A DNA stretch of 49,685 nt from a virus: positions 1-49,685 of IMG/VR virus record IMGVR_UViG_3300044652_000026; one strand, written 5' to 3'. Positions 34,447 through 42,902 of this stretch are shown in pieces. The number at the start of each line of letters is the position of its first letter. The stretch's first letter is position 1. Under the pieces are notes generated by a model. It was given only the letters and a program-made list of their open reading frames with translations. It ran no database searches and was not told the origin of the DNA. A program made the translations under genes and the position numbers.

Positions 34447-34685
34447 TCGTCAGGTTGACGAAGACGGGCGGGTCTGCGGGAGTCTGCGTCTTCGGCCGAC
34501 TGGAGAAGGGATCAACGATTGACGTGTCAGTCCCAGCTCGCCTCGGCGAGGGCGAACAAGAGGCCAAGATTCATGCCCGCAAGATATTCGAGCGCGACCA
34601 TGCCGACGAGAACCCAATGGAGTGGGAGGCCGAGATAGTGCCCGAGGCTGGGAGTATGTCGACAGGCGACGGTCTGGGCACCTGA
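34443..34685 (+). CDS. Hypothetical 80-aa protein
   Basis: ATGA-coupled, GC3-rich. Confidence 0.6.
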   Translation: MIVRLTKTGGSAGVCVFGRLEKGSTIDVSVPARLGEGEQEAKIHARKIFERDHADENPMEWEAEIVPEAGSMSTGDGLGT

Positions 34686-34807
34686 TGCGATCCCTCCTCG
34701 ACCGCCTCCGCGCCGCGCTCGCGCCCGCAGAGCGCCGACCCCGGCCCGCCCATCAGATCACCCTTGACGTCCGGCGAGCGGAGCGCAGGGCGCGCGAGGG
34801 GCGCTGA
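34685..34807 (+). CDS. Possible 40-aa Arg-rich peptide
   Basis: Fills the gap between coupled genes (TGATG at both ends), but the composition is unconvincing. Confidence 0.3.
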   Translation: MRSLLDRLRAALAPAERRPRPAHQITLDVRRAERRAREGR

Positions 34808-35292
34808 TGGCGAAACCCAAGCCCCCTCCCTGGCTGACGCAGGCATTTGCCGAGGGCGTGGTCGAACTCGCCCCGGCTCGTCCGGCTCCCGCCTACAAGG
34901 GTGCGCTGGGGCGCTGCTGGCTGGCGCAATGTGACGAGCGGCAGCGGCCCTGCTCGGGACGGCTCGAACGCTTTCATTTCATCGGGCGCCAGCGGGTCGA
35001 AAACGCGCTCAGGGCGCTACTGCCGCCGCGGCGCGAGCTTCCCGAGGGCGGCATCTATCCCTATTCCAAGGCCGAGGTCTGGGACCTGATCCTGCTCGCC
35101 GCCTGGGACCCGCGCAATGGCGGCATCGGCTGCGAAGCTCATCATCGACGCTTCGATGGCCACCTGACCCCTTCGCTTCAGATTCCCTACCTGGCGCTGC
35201 CTTCGCACGTCGTGGAGTTTGCTTTCAATTGGGGGATCGAGGCCCAGCTAGAGCGCTTCCCTCCGGTATCTGACGTAGGCTGTCCCCGTTAG
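34807..35292 (+). CDS. Possible HNH-type nuclease
   Basis: Cys cluster CWLAQCDERQRPCSGRLERFHFIG plus GCEAHHRRFDGH; weak resemblance to HNH/zinc-finger nucleases. Confidence 0.4.
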   Translation: MAKPKPPPWLTQAFAEGVVELAPARPAPAYKGALGRCWLAQCDERQRPCSGRLERFHFIGRQRVENALRALLPPRRELPEGGIYPYSKAEVWDLILLAAWDPRNGGIGCEAHHRRFDGHLTPSLQIPYLALPSHVVEFAFNWGIEAQLERFPPVSDVGCPR

Positions 35293-35327
35293 CTGCACCC
35301 TTCCCAACCAGTAGGAGAGAATCGAAT

Positions 35328-36362
35328 ATGAGCGAGGATAAGGCGGCTGAGGTCGCCAAACAGACCGAGGGCGGTTGGCTTCCTCTCCCGGTTGACAACA
35401 TCACCGACGCGCTGCCGTTCCTGCGCCGACCCTTCGCGCCCGGCGCGGTGAAGTGGAAGGTGCAATCGACCTGGCCGAAAGGCAAGCCGGCCGAGGGGGC
35501 GATCGTCGTCGGCTACATCGACGCCCGGCTCGTCAGCGAGCGGCTGAACATGGTCGTCGGCGGCAACTGGTCGGAGAAGCCCGTCCGTGTCGGCGACCGC
35601 CCCGACGCGCTGATGTACGAGTTGACCGTCTTCGACACGACCCACGTCGACGTCGGGATCAGCCAGGGCGCGACCGAGGGCATGAAGCTGAAGGGCGCGC
35701 ACTCCGACGCGCTGAAGCGCACCGCCGTCCGGTTCGGCGTCGGGGTGCCGCTCTACGCGATGCCGGAGGTCCGCATCCCCGTGACCCCCGATGGCGCCGA
35801 GGCGAGCGACGGGACGCCGACGATCAAGCGGCGCGGCGATGGCAAAGCCGGTTACCTCAGCCAGGGCGTCGAAGCCTTCCTGCGCCAGCGCTACGAGAAC
35901 TGGTTGAAGGGCGAGGGCAACACCTTCGGCGCCCCGCTCGACCACGGCGACGCCTCGGTGGGATCGGTCGGCTATGAGGACCCCGACGCTGCCGATGAGT
36001 CAGGCACCGGGCGCCCCGAGCCGGAGCCCATGGCCGATGCCGAAGGCACGGAGTTGATCGCACAAGCCGAAGCACTGCGCGACGAGATTCAAGCCCTCGA
36101 CCCAAGCGCCCTCGGCAGCTTCGACAACGCCCTGAAACAGCGCTGGCACGCCGCCGACCTGATGCGCGACTTCATCGGCAAACTCGAAGGGCTGCGCGGC
36201 GACATCGAACGCTTCCTCGCGCTCCAAGAGGAGGCGGTCGGCAAGCTCGGTGAGGACGCGGCGAAGAAGGCGGTCGAGAAGGCGATGCGGCGCGGCAGCC
36301 GATCGGAGCGAGTCGAGGTGCTGGAAAAGGCGCTGGCCGAGAATGGAGGCGACAATGCCTGA
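35328..36362 (+). CDS. Rad52-family single-strand annealing protein with an acidic C-terminal tail
   Basis: AGGAGA SD. VGYIDARLVSERLNMVVGGNWSE...MKLKGAHSDALKRTAVRFGVGVPLY matches the Rad52/22 core pattern. Confidence 0.65.
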   Translation: MSEDKAAEVAKQTEGGWLPLPVDNITDALPFLRRPFAPGAVKWKVQSTWPKGKPAEGAIVVGYIDARLVSERLNMVVGGNWSEKPVRVGDRPDALMYELTVFDTTHVDVGISQGATEGMKLKGAHSDALKRTAVRFGVGVPLYAMPEVRIPVTPDGAEASDGTPTIKRRGDGKAGYLSQGVEAFLRQRYENWLKGEGNTFGAPLDHGDASVGSVGYEDPDAADESGTGRPEPEPMADAEGTELIAQAEALRDEIQALDPSALGSFDNALKQRWHAADLMRDFIGKLEGLRGDIERFLALQEEAVGKLGEDAAKKAVEKAMRRGSRSERVEVLEKALAENGGDNA

Positions 36363-36753
36363 TCTACCGGAGAAAGTACTGGCTGATGCCGAGTTCGCTT
36401 GGTTGCTAGCTAAACGGAACGGAAGAAGCGAGCAGGGTTGCATCGAATCGGCGGTCATCGCCGCTTCCGCCGCTATCAAGGAGGAGCTACAAGCCGCCTT
36501 CGACCATATTCTGAATGTGGAAAGCAAGCTGCCCGGCCTCCACGACATGTTCGACCATGTCTTTCCCGGGTGGAAGGATTCTCATCGCGGCCCGCTCGGT
36601 GACGGGCCGAGCTACGCCCACGATGTAAAGCCGCTCGAAGAAGAGTTGGCGACAGCAGAAGCCCACCCCGAGTACGGGATCGACGTGGATGCAGTTCGAG
36701 CGGCGCTGGAGGAAGCCCGGGCCGATGCGGCCAGGAAGGCATCGGGGTCGTGA
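36355..36753 (+). CDS. Hypothetical 132-aa protein
   Basis: Internal ATG 36355 of track ORF 36250..; 8-nt overlap with the upstream gene. Confidence 0.55.
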   Translation: MPDLPEKVLADAEFAWLLAKRNGRSEQGCIESAVIAASAAIKEELQAAFDHILNVESKLPGLHDMFDHVFPGWKDSHRGPLGDGPSYAHDVKPLEEELATAEAHPEYGIDVDAVRAALEEARADAARKASGS

Positions 36754-38105
36754 GCGACCGCCCACACTGGCGTGATCTGCCACCGATCGACCCTGAGGCC
36801 CAGCCGCACTTCCCCGAGGATTGGACGCCCTCGCAGACGTTTCTGCGCATCCACGACAACTGCGATAGGGCTGCGCTGCTGTACCTGAAGCATGGCGGCG
36901 GCGCGGCAACCCACGAACTCAACCGAGGAAGCCTCGTGCATGAGACGCTTGAGCGACTGCTGCGAATGCTCGTCGCCTCCCAGCGCGAACGCGCCGCAGA
37001 CCTCGACACCGAGCCTGCCGCCGACTACGTCATCGACGACCCCGCCGCCCACGCCGAAGACGTTGCCGTGCAGCTGGAGAACTCGATTCCGCCGGAGCTT
37101 GGCCGTCAAGTCCTCTACGAGGTCATGGCCGACAACCCCGAGTTGCAGATCAGCGCCGAGGAACGCGACGCCTGCCGCTACATGGTCGATCACTGGTGCC
37201 GCGGGACCGAACGAAACGGCGGCTTTGAGCCAGGGTCGATCATCGGCATCGAGAAGACGCTGACGCTGGAAACCGGCGGCTTTCGGGTGCTGGTCCGGCC
37301 CGACCTGATCCGCGACCTCGGCGGCGGCGTGTGCCGGATCGATGACTGGAAGACGGCCTGGCCGCCCGACTCCGAAGACTTCCGCGCGCAGGCTTACGAC
37401 GCCGCGGGCAACCCACGCTGGGCGGGCAACTACCAGCTGAACATGGGCGCCGTAGTGGCCGCCTTCGGGGTCACCGACGACGGGTTGCCGCTCGGCAACT
37501 TCAACCGCTTCCAGCTGGCGCTTGGCTTCCCGCGCATCCTGCGCGAGGATGGGATCGATGAGCGCATCGTCGAAGTCGACCGCCTGCAGCTGGAGTCCTT
37601 CCGCGAGGACCTGGACCTGCAGCTTCACCGGCTCCGCGAGGTCTGCATGGGCAAGCGCAAGTGGCAAGCGACGGCGGGCAACCACTGCGGCGAATGCCCG
37701 GCCGAGGTCGCTTGCCCGCTGCCGCGGGTCCTGCGACCGGAGTCCCAGATGGCGAACCTGACGACGCTCGATGACCTCGAAGAGGCCGCCAACAAGCACT
37801 TCTTCATGCAGCGCTCCGGGGAACGGCTGAAGCGGCGGATCAAGAAGGCCGCCGAGTCGATGGTCCCCGAGGACCTAGACACCTTCATCGTCGATGGCAA
37901 AGAGGTGCGCGGCGTGGCGATCGGCGCGGGCGACAGCGTCGCGCTCGTCTTCGTCGATGTCGAGAAGACGGAAGTCATCGACCGGGAGAACCTGCTCGCC
38001 GCCGCCGAGGCGGCAGCCAACCTCGGCGAGCCGTTCGACCGCAACGACCATGTCAAGCGCCGCCAGTCGGTCGAATTCGTAAAGAGGAAAATCGGGGCAA
38101 AGTGA
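36750..38105 (+). CDS. PD-(D/E)XK exonuclease of the RecB/Cas4 type with an Fe-S cluster Cys signature
   Basis: N-terminal Cys (HDNCDRAALLY). RIDDWKT (D-x-K). YQLNMGAVV (QxxxY-like). C-terminal CGECPAEVAC is CX2CX5C. Confidence 0.65.
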   Translation: MSDRPHWRDLPPIDPEAQPHFPEDWTPSQTFLRIHDNCDRAALLYLKHGGGAATHELNRGSLVHETLERLLRMLVASQRERAADLDTEPAADYVIDDPAAHAEDVAVQLENSIPPELGRQVLYEVMADNPELQISAEERDACRYMVDHWCRGTERNGGFEPGSIIGIEKTLTLETGGFRVLVRPDLIRDLGGGVCRIDDWKTAWPPDSEDFRAQAYDAAGNPRWAGNYQLNMGAVVAAFGVTDDGLPLGNFNRFQLALGFPRILREDGIDERIVEVDRLQLESFREDLDLQLHRLREVCMGKRKWQATAGNHCGECPAEVACPLPRVLRPESQMANLTTLDDLEEAANKHFFMQRSGERLKRRIKKAAESMVPEDLDTFIVDGKEVRGVAIGAGDSVALVFVDVEKTEVIDRENLLAAAEAAANLGEPFDRNDHVKRRQSVEFVKRKIGAK

Positions 38106-38635
38106 GGGTCGTGCTGACGTGGTCGGAGGTCGCGATTGCCGCTCGGATCGGGGAGGCCCGGACGATCCGCAACCGCGCTCGTGGCAACGGCCACCGCCAC
38201 AACCACCCGCAGCCAAAGGCGGCCGACTGGACAACCGATATCGAGGCTGCCTGCGCGGAGGTCGCCGCCGCCAAGGGCCTCGGCGTCTACATGCCAATCA
38301 CGACCACGCCCGAGGAGGACCGTTTCGGCGACCTCGGCTACGGGCTGCACGTCCGGCACTCCGACCGCGAGGATGCCCGCCTGATCTTGCACCCCGACGA
38401 CCACGACGAGGGTTTCTTCATCCTTGTCACCGGCGTCGCCCCCGTCTACGCGCTGCCCGGCTTCATCCAGGGCGCCGCAGGCAAGATCGAGAAGTGGTGG
38501 TCGGACCCGACCGGCGAAAACCGCCCGGCCTTCTTCATCCCCCAAAATGAGCTTCATCCCATCGAGGGCCTAGTCGCCCTCCGACCCATACCCCTGCCGC
38601 CGGATTGGCCGACGGCTTACGAAAGGACTGGCTGA
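38102..38635 (+). CDS. Hypothetical 177-aa protein (possible nuclease-fold: TDIEAACAEVAAAKG)
   Basis: GTGA-coupled; function not recognisable. Confidence 0.5.
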   Translation: MRVVLTWSEVAIAARIGEARTIRNRARGNGHRHNHPQPKAADWTTDIEAACAEVAAAKGLGVYMPITTTPEEDRFGDLGYGLHVRHSDREDARLILHPDDHDEGFFILVTGVAPVYALPGFIQGAAGKIEKWWSDPTGENRPAFFIPQNELHPIEGLVALRPIPLPPDWPTAYERTG

Positions 38636-38952
38636 TGCCTGACCGCAACTACCGAGTACTCGCGCTCGACCTCATGGCCGATGATGCGGAACGCAATATC
38701 TACCACGACCTCGGCGTTCACTCCGGACACGATGCGAAGGCCGCAATCGAGATAGCGCTGGCAGAGCACGGCCTCCCAGAGGGAGTAAAAGTATGCGTCG
38801 GCACCCCAGCCTCGAATTGGAACGAGCACGACGTCGAACCCGACCCGCGCCCGCAGTTCAAGGTCACACCGCGCAAGCCGGGCGAGGCCGATGAGATACC
38901 CAAGGCCGAGAGGCCGGATATTGATCAGGCCGATGCGGCTGGGTTGACATGA
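38635..38952 (+). CDS. Hypothetical 105-aa protein
   Basis: Internal ATG 38635 of track ORF 38605.., TGATG-coupled. Confidence 0.55.
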   Translation: MPDRNYRVLALDLMADDAERNIYHDLGVHSGHDAKAAIEIALAEHGLPEGVKVCVGTPASNWNEHDVEPDPRPQFKVTPRKPGEADEIPKAERPDIDQADAAGLT

Positions 38953-39131
38953 AGCCCTCGGCCCGTCAGCGCCAGCACCGGGGCGAGCGCAAGCGCGCCC
39001 GTCGCCGGGCGCGCAAGGCGAAGGCCGCGCCGATGCTGAAGACACCCTGCCCGAGGTGCGGCTACCCGACGCCGTCCATGCAGTCGGGCGGCTTCGTCCG
39101 CTGCACGCTCTGCGGGAGCGTGAAGGGATGA
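38949..39131 (+). CDS. 60-aa basic zinc-ribbon protein
   Basis: Motifs CPRCGY ... CTLCGS. Confidence 0.55.
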   Translation: MKPSARQRQHRGERKRARRRARKAKAAPMLKTPCPRCGYPTPSMQSGGFVRCTLCGSVKG

Positions 39132-39397
39132 TGGCACGGCTGCGCCGCTTCTACTGGCAGCGGATCAGGCGACACGACTCCGAGATTTGCCATAGCTGCG
39201 GTCGCCCCGTCGGCCTCGTATGGTGGTGCTTCGATCCAGGTCTGTGGGAGCGAGTCACCGGGAACCGAGCCAACGGCCAGGAACCAGCGTCCGGTTTGCG
39301 GTGTATCCCCTGTTTCGACCGAGAGGCGAGGGAAGCCGGGGCTGGGTGGATCGAATGGGCACCGTTGAACCTGCGGCATATCGGCGAGGGGGACTGA
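39128..39397 (+). CDS. 89-aa Cys-rich (zinc-binding) protein
   Basis: Internal ATG 39128 (ATGA-coupled). Motifs CHSCGRP ... CIPCFD. Confidence 0.55.
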   Translation: MMARLRRFYWQRIRRHDSEICHSCGRPVGLVWWCFDPGLWERVTGNRANGQEPASGLRCIPCFDREAREAGAGWIEWAPLNLRHIGEGD

Positions 39398-39601
39398 GCG
39401 GTCGGATACCTTTGGCCGCAGCCCATGCCGCGCCGCCACAAGAATGCGACCCGTGGCGGCAACGCGCACTCTCGCTCCGGCGGCGGCTGGATGAAGGGCA
39501 AGAAGCGCAAGGCCAAGGGCGGCGCACCAAGAAGCGATAACGCGCCGCTTACCTCCGGGCAGATGCATAGCCGGACGCGGTTGCGGTAATCTCCGGCACT
39601 T

Positions 39602-39697
39602 CGGGATGTAGCTCAGATGCCAGTGCTGGCGCTGTCGGCGCGAAAGAGTGGAGGGTCGCGCCCTCCGTCGGGGTTCGGCAAGCTCCCATCCCGACCA
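39602..39697 (+). ncRNA. Degenerate tRNA-like element (96 nt) with an encoded CCA end and an Ala-type CGC anticodon loop
   Basis: 7-bp acceptor CGGGATG/CATCCCG, discriminator A, CCA. TA-GCTC...GAGT D-stem around a 31-nt loop. Anticodon arm GGAGG-GTCGCGC-CCTCC with U33 and R37. T-arm GGGGT-TCGGCAA-GCTCC is non-canonical. Confidence 0.35.
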
Positions 39698-39770
39698 TTT
39701 TCTCCTCGTCAGATGCTCTCTCGCGCCTCCTCGCGGCCTTCCGTCCACCGAGGCAGGGAAAGTACCCGGC

Positions 39771-40292
39771 ATGGAGCAGGCGGCCCTGATAGAGCCTCTG
39801 GCGCCCCCGGCCGCAGAGCGCGCCACTGACGACGGCATGCGCCCGACCCACGTCTGGCGCTTCCGTGTCTGGGGCGAGGCCGTGCCGCAGGGGTCGAAGA
39901 AGGCATTCATCGACAAGCTGGGCCACGCCCGCTGCATCGACGACAATAAGACGGCGCTGAACCGCTGGCGCCGCCACGTCGGGAAGTCCGCCGAAGCCAC
40001 GAGGCCCGAGTGGCTGACGGCGCCGAGCGACGTGGCGATCGTCCTCTCCCTCATCTTTGTCCGCGAGCGCTCGCCCAATGACTATCTTGCCGATGGTGTC
40101 ACCCTGCGCAAGGGTGCCCGGCGATTCCCCGAGACGTCCCCCGACGGAGACAAGCTTGACCGAGCCATGTGGGACGCGCTAACCGGGATCGCTTTCACGA
40201 ACGATGCCCGCGTCGTGTCGTGGTCGGGGTTGAAGCGATTCGCCGAGCCGGGCGAGCGCGCTCACGTCGATGTCGAAATCGGCTATCTCTAA
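39771..40292 (+). CDS. rusA: RusA-family Holliday junction resolvase
   Basis: Internal ATG 39771 of track ORF 39648... VWGEAVPQGSKKAF...PDGDKLDRAMWDALTGIAFTNDARVV matches the RusA pattern. Confidence 0.7.
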   Translation: MEQAALIEPLAPPAAERATDDGMRPTHVWRFRVWGEAVPQGSKKAFIDKLGHARCIDDNKTALNRWRRHVGKSAEATRPEWLTAPSDVAIVLSLIFVRERSPNDYLADGVTLRKGARRFPETSPDGDKLDRAMWDALTGIAFTNDARVVSWSGLKRFAEPGERAHVDVEIGYL

Positions 40293-40385
40293 CGGCAAAC
40301 GGCTCCCGTAGGAGCCGTCCGACCGCGCGACGAAGATTGCCGCGAGCGCCCCTTCCCAGAGGCGCTGCCAAGGTTAACCGACAGC

Positions 40386-40778
40386 ATGGAGGCCCATATG
40401 GGAGCAGTAGCAACGCAGGATGCGCCGAAGGCGAGCGCCAACGGCAATGGCGAGGAACGCGAACCGCTCGACGGCGAGCACGGAGACGAGCGGGTCGTCC
40501 CGAAGCTGCCGCCCGTCGAGTTGGAGGGCGCGGGCGATCAGCTGACCCTCAAGATCACCGGCGATGCCCCCGACAAAGGCACGGCCAAGCTACAGGGCGG
40601 GAAGATGGATATCCCGAAGGGCGAGTATCAGCCGGGCGATGTCGTCGAGGCGGTGATCCGGATGCGCTGCACAGAGGTCGGGGTCATCGACAAGATGAAC
40701 AACACCACCGGCGAGCGCGTCGAGCGCGAGCGCGTCCACAAGTTCAAGGTGATGGGAATCGAGAAGATCAGCGGCTAG
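40386..40778 (+). CDS. Hypothetical 130-aa protein with an acidic N-terminus
   Basis: GC3-rich; last gene before a strong hairpin. Confidence 0.6.
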   Translation: MEAHMGAVATQDAPKASANGNGEEREPLDGEHGDERVVPKLPPVELEGAGDQLTLKITGDAPDKGTAKLQGGKMDIPKGEYQPGDVVEAVIRMRCTEVGVIDKMNNTTGERVERERVHKFKVMGIEKISG

Positions 40779-40800
40779 ATAGCCCTGCACTTTGGGTCAA

Positions 40801-40843
40801 ACACAAGAGGGCGACCTCCTTGCGGGGGCCGCCCTCTGTGTGT
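40801..40843 (+). terminator. Long GC-rich hairpin (about 18 bp with one bulge and one mismatch, ttgc loop); terminator candidate without a U-tract
   Basis: acacaagagggcg.cctcc-ttgc-ggggg.cgccctctgtgtgt. Confidence 0.55.
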
Positions 40844-41288
40844 AAAGTGCCGTCTGCGAATGATCGACTCTGGAAGCATACCCCGTTGACCGGCGCAACG
40901 AACCGTCCCTGGCCAAACGGCTTTCCTCAGACTCGTTCATTGGCCTTTGACCTCGCTCGCCGGGGGCCAAGCCAGGAGGCGCGGTGAGGGCTGGCGACCT
41001 ACAGCCCGGTCCCGCCAGGGCCGTCACCGCAAGAGGCAGGCCGAATGTTGCCGTCAAGAGCCGCGTTGAGGGCGCGGGGAGAGAAGGCAGGCGCGGGGGA
41101 ACCCCCCAGAACCAGGGCACCAAATCCGCAGTTGGAGTCGCGAGGCGACCACCGGGCGGTCAGGGGCGCGCCGACGGAACGGAAGACGTCTCACCCGCAG
41201 GGGAGAACCAGGCATGAGGACTCCCGCTCGGCGTCCCGGCTTGCAGCGCCCCGGCGAAAGCGATCTGCAGCGGCTGGGCTGGGTGACG

Positions 41289-41507
41289 ATGCTGAAGGCG
41301 GCACCGGGGCAAATCCAGGCGCTCGCGACCCGTGTCCCACCCAGCCATGTGCGCTTCGAACAAGACACCGCGGCGGTGACTTGCACCTGCGATTTCGGGC
41401 TACCGCTTCTCGTCCCCCCGGCCCAAAGCACGCGATGCAAGTGCGGACGGGTCTTCCTCAACATCGGCGGCGAGGTCAGAGTCTGCAAGACGAAGGAGGC
41501 GGCATGA
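41289..41507 (+). CDS. 72-aa Cys-rich protein
   Basis: Internal ATG 41289 of track ORF 41214.. (GGGTGA upstream). Motifs CTCDFG ... CKCGRVF. Confidence 0.5.
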   Translation: MLKAAPGQIQALATRVPPSHVRFEQDTAAVTCTCDFGLPLLVPPAQSTRCKCGRVFLNIGGEVRVCKTKEAA

Positions 41508-41743
41508 AGGTCCCTGATGCACCGATAGAGGACCAGAAGGCCCTGTTTCTTGACTTCGGGACGCGGAAGCTGCACATCGCGGCGCGTGGCAGCGAGGAGG
41601 CTAGCTGGCCCACCACCGCATGCGGAGTCAGCCGCAGGTACGGCCGCCCAAAGCAGTTCTGGGCGCGCCTGGGCTGGACCCCCAGCGAAACCTGCCATCG
41701 GTGCCTTAGCGCCCGGCTAAACGAAGCGGATCCAAGGTCATGA
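41504..41743 (+). CDS. Hypothetical 79-aa protein
   Basis: ATGA-coupled ATG 41504, the 3' portion of track ORF 41045... The upstream part of that ORF is Arg-rich and not credible. Confidence 0.55.
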   Translation: MKVPDAPIEDQKALFLDFGTRKLHIAARGSEEASWPTTACGVSRRYGRPKQFWARLGWTPSETCHRCLSARLNEADPRS

Positions 41744-41997
41744 AGGTCCCTGAGAAAGTGCTGGAGGCGTTCCATGACACATATCGCACCCTGGATCGGG
41801 AGCGCTATGCCCTAGAGAAAGCCCTCGAAGCCGCACTAGAGCAGCTACGGGTGGAGATGCTGGGTGAGGAGGCGCGCGGTGTTCTGTTCGACGCCCACCT
41901 GCACTACCAGGCTGAGAAACGGCCCACCGAGGACGACTGGGCGCTTTCGCTGCTCGAAGCAGTTCTCAATCACGTCCTAGGAGAGGAGGGGTCGTGA
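41740..41997 (+). CDS. Hypothetical 85-aa helical protein
   Basis: ATGA-coupled. Its first 14 nt are identical to the start of 41504..41743. Confidence 0.6.
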   Translation: MKVPEKVLEAFHDTYRTLDRERYALEKALEAALEQLRVEMLGEEARGVLFDAHLHYQAEKRPTEDDWALSLLEAVLNHVLGEEGS

Positions 41998-42623
41998 GCG
42001 CGCAGCCCGAGCGCCACCTTCGCCCAGTCGAGAATCAGCTCGCCGGAGCGATCGTCGTCAGCGCCGACGGAGAGCCGCTAGGCCCGCTGCACGACCACAC
42101 CCAGCGCCTCGAAGACGAAGTCTCCTCGCTGACCCGCGCGCTTAGAGCCGAGGGAGTGCGCTATGAGAACCTGAAGCGCGACAAAGAGGCAGAGGCCCAG
42201 CGCTCGGAGGTCTGGCCTGCGGCGGTCCGGGTGTTCGACTATTGGCGCCAGAAAACCGGTCGCTCCAAGAGGACCGTCTTCACGCTCGACCGCTTCGAAA
42301 TGATCCGGCCCTGGCTCGAAAAGCTGGGCGACTCGAAAGCCCCGGCGAAAGAGCGCCTGGCCGAAGCCGAGGCCCTATGCAAGCTCGCCGTGGACGGCAT
42401 CGCCTTCGACCACTACGTCGAGCGCGCCAAAAACGGAACCGAGCGCCATCACACGGGCTTCCATCTGGTCTTCAAGGAAGCCGACCAGTTCGAAAAGCGC
42501 GCCAACTCGGCTCCTGTCGAGCGCATACGCGAGGTGATCGGCAACCGATCCGTAAAGCAGGCGATGGCTGGCAAGAAAGCCGAGCCGCAGCAGTCGCTTG
42601 ACCAAGCGCAACCCACCCAGTAA
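41994..42623 (+). CDS. Possible replication-organizer-type protein (Phg_2220_C / DnaD-like C-terminal domain)
   Basis: VFDYWRQKTGRSKRTVFTLDRFEMIRPWLEKLG...HTGFHLVFKEADQFEKRAN resembles the conserved phage C-terminus family (from memory). Confidence 0.35.
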   Translation: MSAQPERHLRPVENQLAGAIVVSADGEPLGPLHDHTQRLEDEVSSLTRALRAEGVRYENLKRDKEAEAQRSEVWPAAVRVFDYWRQKTGRSKRTVFTLDRFEMIRPWLEKLGDSKAPAKERLAEAEALCKLAVDGIAFDHYVERAKNGTERHHTGFHLVFKEADQFEKRANSAPVERIREVIGNRSVKQAMAGKKAEPQQSLDQAQPTQ

Positions 42624-42634
42624 CCTCCCTGCTA

Positions 42635-42859
42635 ATGAAGGATCCGACCCAACCGAACTCAGTCATCGGCCGGTTCGAGATTGGGCAGATTTGCAAAGTC
42701 ACGCGCCAGGGCGTCGCCTCGGTCATCGAGCACCCCGACTTCCCGGCGCCGATCTGCCTCCAGGGCAAAAACCGCGCCCCGCTCTTCTGGCGCCGCGACG
42801 TCGAATCCTTCCAGGTCGAGCGCGAGCGGCAAGCCGCGCCTGATGCCGCCGCAGCGTAG
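42635..42859 (+). CDS. Excisionase/MerR-type helix-turn-helix DNA-binding protein
   Basis: RFEIGQICKVTRQGVASVIEHPDFPAPICLQGKNRAPLFWRRDVESF matches the HTH_17/AlpA-like pattern. Confidence 0.5.
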   Translation: MKDPTQPNSVIGRFEIGQICKVTRQGVASVIEHPDFPAPICLQGKNRAPLFWRRDVESFQVERERQAAPDAAAA

Positions 42860-42866
42860 CCTTTAC

Positions 42867-42895
42867 TTGACAAAGCGCAAGCGATTGGGTAGAGT
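42867..42895 (+). promoter_or_regulatory. Family promoter TTGACA-AAGCGCAAG...-TAGAGT (17-nt spacer)
   Basis: cTTGACAAAGCGCAAGcgattggGTAGAGT. ATG 42903 lies 7 nt after the -10. Confidence 0.7.
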
Positions 42896-42902
42896 GCGCG
42901 CC

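Noticed and set aside
36612-37799. 395-aa minus-strand ORF
   Set aside because: Antisense to the Cas4/RecB-like exonuclease; low-complexity Arg/Ala/Val/Gly composition
39425-39589. 54-codon very basic ORF (MPRRHKNATRGG...) in the gap before the tRNA-like element
   Set aside because: No SD, poor codon bias and a composition typical of random GC-rich frames. It overlaps an 8-bp hairpin (39431-39459).
39602-39697. Calling the element a functional tRNA-Ala gene
   Set aside because: The 31-nt D-loop, missing nucleotide 26, 3-nt variable region and non-canonical T-loop make a standard tRNA call unsafe. It is reported only as a tRNA-like candidate.
41045-41503. Upstream 153 codons of track ORF 41045..41743
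   Set aside because: Arg/Pro/Gly-rich with no start context. Only the 3' part from ATG 41504 (ATGA-coupled) looks coding.
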